A stretch of 64,000 nt of DNA from Trichosphaerium sp. ATCC 40318 (taxonomy: Eukaryota; Protista; Tubulinea): assembly GCA_038496445.1 (NCBI GenBank), contig JALMLS010000598.1, forward strand, positions 127,828-191,827, given 5' to 3'. A model generated the notes under the pieces. That model worked only from the letters and a program-made list of their open reading frames with translations, was not told where the DNA came from and did not search any database. Shown in pieces: positions 55,125 through 64,000 of the stretch (positions are counted from its first letter, which is position 1; every line of letters begins with the position of its first letter). The position numbers and the translations under genes are program-made.

Positions 55125-56488
55125 CTAGCTCTTATTCATTTCTAATCTTTTAAGAACACCTTCATCAGTGATATTGGTACCATTGTATACTATTTTCTTC
55201 AGATTTTCAAGTTGAGAGATGCCTTCGTTGGTCAAGTTCTTACAGTTGATCACGTTTAGCTTCTCAACTTTTTTCAGATACTTGATTCCTTCGTCGGTGA
55301 TGAATTCACAGTTGCTTAGTGTAACTTCGACAGCTGTACTACCGATGTACTTCAGGCCTTCATCTGCGATGCGATGGCAATCTGATATATCGATAGAATA
55401 GACACCAGCCAAGTGCTTCAAGCCAGCATCGTTGGTTGGAGTATTTCTCAATTTAATCGTCTTAACACCTGCAAGAGCTTTAAGGCCGGCATCTGTCACT
55501 CCAGTGTTGTTAAGGTGTATTTCCTCTACTCCTTTTAGAGATTTAAGACCTTCATCCGTAATGTTGTAGCAGCCATCAAGGCAAACCGATTTGGCGCTAG
55601 AGATATATTTCAAGCCTACGTCAGTGATGTTGTCACATAGCGACAATCCGATTGTGTGTACTCCAGAGAGCTCCTTAATGCCGTCATCTGTGACAGAAGA
55701 TGAATCTAGGTGTATGGCGTATACACCTGCTAGAGCATTGACATCTGTAATGGTTTTGCATCCTGCTAGCATGATTTCATGAATACCCGCAAGCTGCGCG
55801 ACAGTGTTATTCGAAACGTCACAGCATGTGAGATCCGCGCGTTTGAGGTTTGTAAGGAATCGTACACCGTCAACAGCTTCTTCACACTCTTCTATTTGTA
55901 TAGTCTTCAGATTGGTAAGAGATCGAAGACCATTCTCGGTTATGGTATCGCAAGCGGCAAGCATTAGATGTTCGAGTGAACCACTTAAGGCAGTTAAGGT
56001 ATCATCAGTTAAGTTATCGTTTGCAATGATGCAAACTGATTTTACGCCTTTGAGAGATTTCATTGCTTCGTCTGAAACTTCGTCGCCTTTGATACTTACT
56101 GTCGTATTGCGTATTAAAGGAGTTTTTGCGAACTCAAGTAGCGGCTCGTTTTGGGTAAAGTAGACAACTTTGTAGCCGACGTTGTTGTGAACGCTGGCGT
56201 GTATGCGTTTGCAAGTTTGAGCTGCTGCGAGTCTTGTGTTGGTGTCGCCAAACTTTAAGATGAGAGAAAGTACTTCTGTTGGTTGATCGAGGAGTCCTAG
56301 TACGTTGGAGATGTTGTCTGACGCGCTAGGGAGACTGTGAGTACAAAGTAGCGCGAAACCCAAAAGCAACTTTTTATGATTGATATTTTGAAGTGTGACG
56401 GAAAGTTGGATGAAAACGTAGGAGACAACCGCAAGGGAACAAAGGAATAAAATTCTAGTTGGAACACGTACTTGGTAGTATTGTTCAT
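55125..56488 (-). CDS. F-box + LRR protein, divergent copy 3
   Basis: Micro-exon MNNTT joins in frame to LLDQPTEVLSLILKFGDTNTRLAAAQTCKRIH; GV..I.L..C..ITD.GLK.L repeats. Confidence 0.8.
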
Positions 56489-57691
56489 GGTAAATGGAGT
56501 AATAAGGGTTGATTGATATTGTGGAAGCGTTTTGTTGATTGACAAGTTGCGTTGATGCGTTAGAGCTGTAAAAAATGAATAGAACTTAGCGCTGTCGTGA
56601 CTTAGCGGAATCATGATTGATAAGTTGAACTTAACCCGGAAATCGCTAAGCGCCACTACCAAATATAGATATTTGAAAAAACACTATTTGCTAAGAGTGT
56701 ACTGTATCAATGTTTCTGAGTTGCTTGGTGCTATGTACGTTGTTTTGACTGCGTTACCAAAAAAGCATGTCTTGAATACGTCACCGATGTGCTTTATTTG
56801 GCGTGAGAGAAGTGTATGGGCTATTTAGAAAGCAAAGCAACATGTTTAGTTTGTTTTTGTGCTGAACAGTTCGTTACTTTTACGCAATGGATGTGCAGCG
56901 CGTAGCGCTATCTAATCGCGTAGAAAAACCGATAGAAAGAGTTCTTTAAAGTCTTGTGCTCGATTCACATTGAACATGAGAATACGTGTAGCTACGTTGC
57001 TTGTCATGATTTGACCATTGCCCAAACTCACAGGCAAGTTAGGCGAAAGCGCCCTCATTTATTTATACAAATTAGCAACTGTCTATCATACGCCCATTTA
57101 TTAAAGGCATCGTTTCGGCTTTTAACAGGCGAAATACTCAAAGTGGAAGCTGAGAAAGCGCTTTCAACTTGATAAGACAACGTAATAGAGTCTGTTTAAT
57201 CTTATGTCGTCTCAAAAGCTTACCTGAACAAGAAGAACACAAATTGAGGAGTAAGTAAGTAAGGGGTATTTGTTGGGGCACAAATTGAGGATATAGCTCT
57301 TGGCTTGACCGCTGGTCTTGAGACCTTGGTTTTGTGAAGCCTGATAGACAAGATCAACACTCACAGTTGTGTACAAACCTATATTAGTTCATTTACAGCT
57401 GATCAAGATTGTAGGTTTGCTAGTTAGTGCCTTAATCTTTTTTGTCTATAATCCGGGTCAACTTCTTTGTATGAAAAGTACTACGCTTGTGCAATGTGAG
57501 TATATCGAGCTCAGCGTAGTTCATTACAAATTCCCTTGTGTACATATTAATAACTTAACCGTAATTGCTTTCTCTACTGTTTAATAGATTTCACCGAGTT
57601 TTAAGATTTTTTCACGTATCCTACAATTACAAGTACCGGAAAAACTCAAACATCCGGCTAACTCTTAAAAACGAATTTATCTATACTAAGC

Positions 57692-58126
57692 ATGCACTTC
57701 ATCACGTTATTATTCGCTCTTCTACTTGCTGTGTCCATTGGGGTAAACAGTAAAGCCGCCAAAAGATCTGGCACGTGTCAAGATGTTATAAACACTCAAG
57801 TATCTTGGATGGCTGTATTTAATGGTGTTGTGGCAACAGGAACAGCGAAATACTTCCCAAATGGCACCTTGGTAACTTACGATCTCTCTGGAGCGCTAGT
57901 TAACACAGGGACTTACAACATTACTGAAAAAGATGGCTGGTGTTACGAATACGAGCAATACACATACCCGCCTGGCGCTTCACCAACCTGTAACACGTGG
58001 TTGCCTCCAGTAGATGGTACGTTTGTTGGTTGTGAGATCTTTGGTGACAAGTGTTTTGAAGCTTGCAAAACAGAAGGTCAATGGAAAAACTGGTATGCAG
58101 CCAGGATAATCACGACTTTACAATAA
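57692..58126 (+). CDS. Small secreted Cys-containing protein, single exon
   Basis: Signal peptide MHFITLLFALLLAVSIG; 144 aa; 6 Cys; no family recognised. Confidence 0.6.
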   Translation: MHFITLLFALLLAVSIGVNSKAAKRSGTCQDVINTQVSWMAVFNGVVATGTAKYFPNGTLVTYDLSGALVNTGTYNITEKDGWCYEYEQYTYPPGASPTCNTWLPPVDGTFVGCEIFGDKCFEACKTEGQWKNWYAARIITTLQ

Positions 58127-58685
58127 AAATCGATTGTCGACTGATCACAAAATGCTGTAACATCTCAATCAGAATTTGTATTTTTATAATACTCCTCAAT
58201 AAAGTGTTTTACATATTTAGAGTCATTCCGTTTCGGGCTTGTAGCTATAGTTTGGAGTACAAAAGCTTAAGCGGGTATCACATCAAGGCTCTAGAGCACA
58301 GAAGAGCTGGTTTGTCATTGGGTATTAGAAATAAATACAAGAAAATAGTAAGAAATGTGGTTGCTATCATAATGTTTGTGCTCATCTCAACGTAAAATAC
58401 AAAACTGATTCCCTTAATATTGATTCACATCGTTTTTAGCGGGTCACTTGGAACAATAACAAACGTCTTGATAGGATTTTCCCTTATGGCAGTTGCTACG
58501 ACTTTAACCTTGGGGCAGTTGGTATCTAGGTGCTACGCCCAGTGCACATAGCACATTTGTTGATATTTTCATTTTGCAATCAAAAGCTGAAAGCAGAAGT
58601 TCAAGCATTATCTGGTTATTCAAAACGGCATTAGATACGAAAGGAATGTATTTTAACAACATGAGTGCACTGCTGTATTACATGA

Positions 58686-59991
58686 CTAGCGTCTTAACAG
58701 TTCTATGCGAGCATTGGAATCAATAACTGCATCACTACATGGCAAAACTGTAAATAGCGTTGGTTCTGCGATACCACATACACCTTTAAAAAGGAGTAAA
58801 TGTCTGCATAAAAATGATAGTACAAAGTAACAAAAGTACAAAGGTGGTCTTCCAGATATGCTGTGAATTGATCCACTTGTTTGTAAGGACGAATAAGTTA
58901 TGTCAGCCTTTAATTCAGCCGCAGTTGGTCCTAAAACTGTACAAGTCAAAACACAATACAACTGCAAGTCTTTCAACATACATGAAGCGACAAAGTCAAA
59001 GCTACAAATGCCCTCATAAGTACTTGCAACAACAAGACCATTTCTAGTATCCATCATATCAACTTTTCCTGTCTCGCACATTCTAGAAGAGGCGTCCACT
59101 CTCCCAATTGATGTTGGTATGATAAACTCAACATCTGAAAGACCTGTTATGTCTATACAACTGAGTTGTACAGTGACTCTTTGGCCTACCCACAATCAAT
59201 AACACTACTGGTATTTTTTTTAACTGTACCTCCCCTTACTGATGTGACAGGCATTCCGTTTACCCAAAATGAGTGCTCACACACCATCCCTGTTGTAGCA
59301 CATAAGGTTTCAATCGTATAAGTTCTTGTCATAGTTGAAGGGAGAGCATTTGATGTAAAGAAAGAAAAGTCAAGGTTGCTTAGGCTCTCAAGAGTAACTT
59401 GTTGTGGTAGTTGTGGACAAAATCTAAACCCTTCAGGACTTGCGGAAGTAACTGCAAAACCACCGGGGACATTAAAAGATATTGTGGATCGAATTGGAGA
59501 GCTAAGGAAGAAACTGTAGCACTCTAAATTATACAAAATCAGGTAGTATAATTCATGACGTGTGAAGATAGTTTGATTCAAATAGATTGATGTAACCAAA
59601 AAAGTAATTATTTTCTTGAAAGAAAACACGTGATTAACGTACGAACACCCAAAGATGAACCATCAACTGGCATAGGCGATACATACGATAAAGTACAAGT
59701 GCCAGTGACATCTACACCCATCACAACTGTTAAAACGCCATCTGCTATCGAGCAAATAATGGTGGTCATCGAATTAGAAGGATTTGAATCAAGCCGTGCT
59801 GTTAGCGTTCTTGTTCCTCCAAATACATCCGAAATTGTCTGGGTCATGGTATCTTCGGTTCTTGGTGTGGTTGCAGTTACTGTAGCGGCAGTGGTAAATG
59901 GATCAATGAAACGTGTTGTAATTAGCGATTGACCCATTGCCACAGCAAAGAAAAACCAAAAGTAAGTTATTGATACACGAGCAACTGTCAT
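58686..59991 (-). CDS. Secreted Thr/Ser-rich beta-sandwich-like protein (possibly frameshifted near 59190)
   Basis: Signal-like YFWFFFAVAMG; ORFs 59608, 59186 and 58686; inverted paralogue at 63002-64000. Confidence 0.45.
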
Positions 59992-60079
59992 TGTTTTGCT
60001 CCTAAGGGTTGTGATAACTGGCAGATTTAAAGGTGATTAATTGTGTTCTCATTTTTTTCATTTATGACTGAACATGAAA

Positions 60080-60370
60080 GACATTTCAGACGTTTGGTCA
60101 GAACGAACTTGACTATCAAATTGTGACCAACAAGACCAACTCAGGATAGCAAGCAGAAATCACCCTCCCACCGCACCCTTAATAATTTGGAAAACTTTTC
60201 TCAAAACTAAATTTATTTTCGAAAACTTTATTTTACATTTCGCGACCGTGTATTTTTTGTAAATAAACCACACACGCTCGCTCTGCGCTAGAGCTATCTG
60301 TCAGGGACAGATGTGTTCCTCTCCTCCCAAGATCGTCTCCGCTGATTGATTGGCAGGTCTGATCTAAATT
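60080..60370. mobile_element. Insertion of about 290 bp, a dispersed repeat
   Basis: Present in the left arm of the inverted duplication and absent from the right arm; internal tgcgctagagc..agatg..ctcccaa.atcgtct also occurs at window positions 1-45. Confidence 0.55.
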
Positions 60371-60796
60371 TTACTAGTTTAGTATACTTGTAGTAATGCT
60401 CAATCACATCATAGCCACGTGTTGTCCCGAAGATCATGTGTGACTATATTGTCCCAACAGATGTATTAATACGTAATTAAGGTAGTAATAATGTGATCAC
60501 AAGATAGCCAAGCTGACAATGCTAATAAAAGTCTGTTGTATGAAGCACTCAACGCTGGTCATACACTTGCTGGGCCAAGCCTTACGGCTCATGAGGCGTA
60601 ATACACAAATTGGTGCCAAATCATATTCACCTTATTCACTGTTACAGTATATTTCTAGAAGTATACAAGAATTTTCCATGTTTAAGCAATCTTGTGTTGG
60701 TTGCTTCGTATTGTTTCACAAAAATAAGTCACGTGCTCACGATTATTAAGTTTTTGAACTCAGAATTTTAACGGCTCACTACACACGAAATAAATC

Positions 60797-62189
60797 ATGA
60801 ATTTACCAGGCGTTTCCGTTCAACACGCGCTCACATACTATGGTAATTACCACGGTGAAGCATTTAGTAAGATAATAGGAGAAAAACGCGAAATGTTCGT
60901 AAAACACCTTGAAAATGTGTTAACTGTTGCGAATGGATCCCTGATTCAACAACTTGATGATCTTCTATTAAAACAAACACATAATAATGTCTCGAGCTTT
61001 GAAGATGTACCTGCGCCAAAAGAGAAGCAAACGAGAAGGTACTTGCCATTCACAAAAGGACGAGAATTTTTTTTGCCTAAACACAAATTGCTAGGACTCT
61101 AGCTACCAAGTACGAACCACTTAATATTGTTGAGTTCCCTCCAGAGATTCTTTCGCACATCCTTTGCCATACAAGCGGACAAGACAAATTTTCAATTGCT
61201 CAGTCTTGTTCTTTGATGTCTGATATCATACATCAAATTATTGGATATGACACTATTTATATCAACAGTTTTTCAGATTGGTTAAAGATTAGAGAGTGTA
61301 AGGGTATAATGGACAATACTGTTATAGGACTGTGTGAAGAGATTAAGGAAGATAACATATTCTATCTTTTGCGTGGGTGCCGTAAAATTAAAAGAAGTAC
61401 ACTTGATTTCACACATGACACTCTCAGAGTACTTGCTTTTTGCAAATTACAGATGAAGGTCTAGAACTACTATCTGGTGTTACTGCAATTAACCCTTTTG
61501 GTTCTGGCATACATACAATTAACCTTTGTGGGTGTGACGATTTGACACACGAGGGGCTCAAATATCTTTCTGGTGTTCATGAAATTAACCTTTCTAGTTC
61601 TTCTGTTGCAGATGAAGGAGTTATAGCATTGTCTGGCGTCCATACTATCGATCTTTCTTACTGTCAATATATAACAGATAGAGGTATAAAAGCACTCAAG
61701 GGCGTTTATACTATTAACCTTTGCGCCTGCAAGCAAATAACAGATGAAGGCATAAAGCTGTTGACTGGAGTTCATACTATCGATATTACCTATTGTGTAA
61801 ATATTACTGATGAAGGAATCAAAGCGCTTGCAGGTGTTCATAAAATTAACCTAACATGTTGTGAACAAGTGACAGATGAAGGCATAAAGGCATTGGGAGG
61901 TGTTCATACTATTTCTATGTATCAGTGTAAACATGTGACTGATGAAGGAATCAAAGCAATTGAAGGTGTTTATGAAATAGACGTATGTTATACTTCTGTG
62001 ACAGTCGAATGTATCAAATCACTCAAAGGTCTTCATACCATTTTCATTGAGCAGCATAAACACTATTTGCCACTGTTGGATGATGCTTTTAGTAAACAAA
62101 GTGAAATTACTAGATTGTCCAGACGTTATAGTTCATATGCAGATTCAGTAATGTATGGATTAAAAAGTGAACAACAGCAACATTTTTAG
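60797..62189 (+). pseudogene. F-box + LRR copy 4 with a frameshift near 61440
   Basis: Exon 1 is homologous to that of copies 1 and 2; F-box IVEFPPEILSHIL..FSIAQSC; the LRR frame changes at 61440-61464 with no frame-restoring intron. Confidence 0.65.
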
Positions 62190-62704
62190 TGATAAAGAAG
62201 TACAAGAATAGATCCACTTGTTCTTACAAACAACAACCAATTGGAGGAGAATCTATCATTAACAATAACAGTCACAGACACAATAAACAACACTTGTTCC
62301 GCCATCTTTCGTTTTGAAATTACACCTTTAATCTACCATTTTTTGGACTCCAAGTTGGCCGTTAATGTATTTTGAAACAACATCAGTACTAACCCATGAA
62401 CGGAAATAAGTCTACAGTCATATTAAAGCTGATTTATACAAAGGTACCAAAGTTTAATTGTATGAATATCAGCAAGATAATCTATCGTGAGTACGGACTT
62501 ATTTTTGTCAAACGATATTGGTGCTTTAAGCCTGGGACATGGAAAATTCTTGTATACTGTAAGGAAGTGACTTCAGTGAACCCTTACTACTGTCCTTGAT
62601 GATCGCGCAGCAAGACCCTTCACCTTGCGGCCCTTCGCCCATGTGAACTTGCGGCCTTGCGGCCTGGTGAACCATATACTAAATCTAATACGTAATCAAT
62701 AACT

Positions 62705-64000
62705 TTACACCTCACGAGCCAAGGCTTTGACCTGCATTTTATGGCCCTGCTTTGAGTGCTTGTACAACAGACTTTACACTGTCAGCTTGGATATCTTATA
62801 GCGCTATGATCATTATAACTACCTTAATTACGTACATCTGTTGGACATTATAGTCACGCGTGATTTTCGGGACAACACGTGGCTATTACTACAACTATAC
62901 TAAAATTAGTCTTTTTGTAGTAAAATTAAATGAAAAAAAAATGAGAAAACAATTAATCACCTTTAAATCTGCCAGTTATCACAACCCTCAGGAGCAAAAC
63001 AATGACAGCCTCTCATGTATCAATAACTTACTTTTGGTTTTTCTTTGCTGTGGCAATGGGTCAATCGTTAATTACAACACGTTTCATTGATCCATTTACC
63101 ACTGCCGCTACAGTAACCGCAACCACACCAAGAACCGAAGATACCATGACCCAGACAATTTCGGATGTATTTGGAGGAACAAGAACGGCTTGATTCAAAG
63201 ATGACCACCATTATTTGCTCGATAGCAGATGGCGTTTTAACAGTTGTGATGGGTGTAGATGTCATTGGCACTTGTACTTTATCGTATGTATCACCTATGC
63301 CAGTTGATGGTTCATCTTTGGGTGTTTGTACGTTAATCACGTGTTTTCTTTCAAGAAAATAATTATTTTTTTGTTACATCAAATCTATTTGGATCAAACT
63401 TTCTTCAACACGTCATGAATAATCCTTCTGACTTTGTATAATTAGAGTGCTACAGTTTCTTCCTTAGCTCTCCGATTATATCCACAATATCTTTTAATGT
63501 CCCCAATGGTTTTGCAGTTGCTTCCACAACACCTGAAGGGAATAGATTTTGTCCACAACTACCACAACAAAGTTACTCTTGAGAGCCTAAGCAACCTTGA
63601 CTTTCTTTCTTTACATCAAATGCTCTCCCTTCAACTATGACAAGAACTTATACGATTGAAACCTTATGTGCTACAACAGGGATGGTGTGTGAGCACTCAT
63701 TTTGGGTAAACGGAATGCCTGTCACATCAGTAAGGGAGGTACAGTTAAAAAAATACCAGTAGTGTTATTGATTGTGGGTAGGCCAAAGAGTCACTGTACA
63801 ACTCAGTTGTATAGACATAACAGGTCTTTCAGACGTTGAGTTTATCATACCAACATCAATTGGGAGAGTGGATGCCTCTTCTAGAATGTGTGAGACAGGA
63901 ACAGTTGATATGATGGATACTAGAAATGGTCTTGTTGTTTTAAGTACTTATGAGGGCATTTGTAGCTTTGACTTGTCGCTTCATGTATGTTGAAAGACTT
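62705..64000. repeat. Right arm of an inverted duplication (left arm about 58970-60600), carrying a pseudogenised copy of the secreted gene
   Basis: ORFs 63002/63165/63772 mirror 59608/58686; 62705-62893 mirrors 60390-60600; 11-nt and 12-nt deletions near 63187-63200 cause a frameshift. Confidence 0.9.

Overview
AT-rich, gene-dense eukaryotic nuclear DNA with many short (about 35-100 nt) GT-AG introns. It is most consistent with a free-living protist, probably Amoebozoa; this is an inference from the Frizzled/Smoothened-like GPCR and the W-repeat/nuclease family. Housekeeping genes include POLD1, RPL24, the cytosolic Fe-S assembly factors CIA1 and NAR1, a METTL21-like methyltransferase, a flavin amine oxidase and an NRF-6-type O-acyltransferase. 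They are interleaved with secreted enzymes (chlorophyllase-like hydrolase, GH5 endoglycoceramidase, TIMP-like protein, LamG-like protein) and a fast-evolving accessory set. That set contains a duplicated convergent pair of F-box-like/MORN and F-box/LRR genes with hypervariable repeats, two more F-box/LRR copies, an F-box-Ras fusion, gene relics, small inverted-repeat elements and an inverted duplication at the right end. The most striking feature is the gene at 15099-18252. My hand splicing gives one continuous ORF: signal peptide, Reeler domain, Cys-rich domain, TM, short loop, a second internal signal peptide (PSA/HG/HNWL), an LPMO-like histidine-brace domain, then a Cys-rich tail. This looks like a cellular polyprotein that would need internal signal-peptidase cleavage to free the His1 of a copper monooxygenase. 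All gene models were spliced by eye and no database searches were run.
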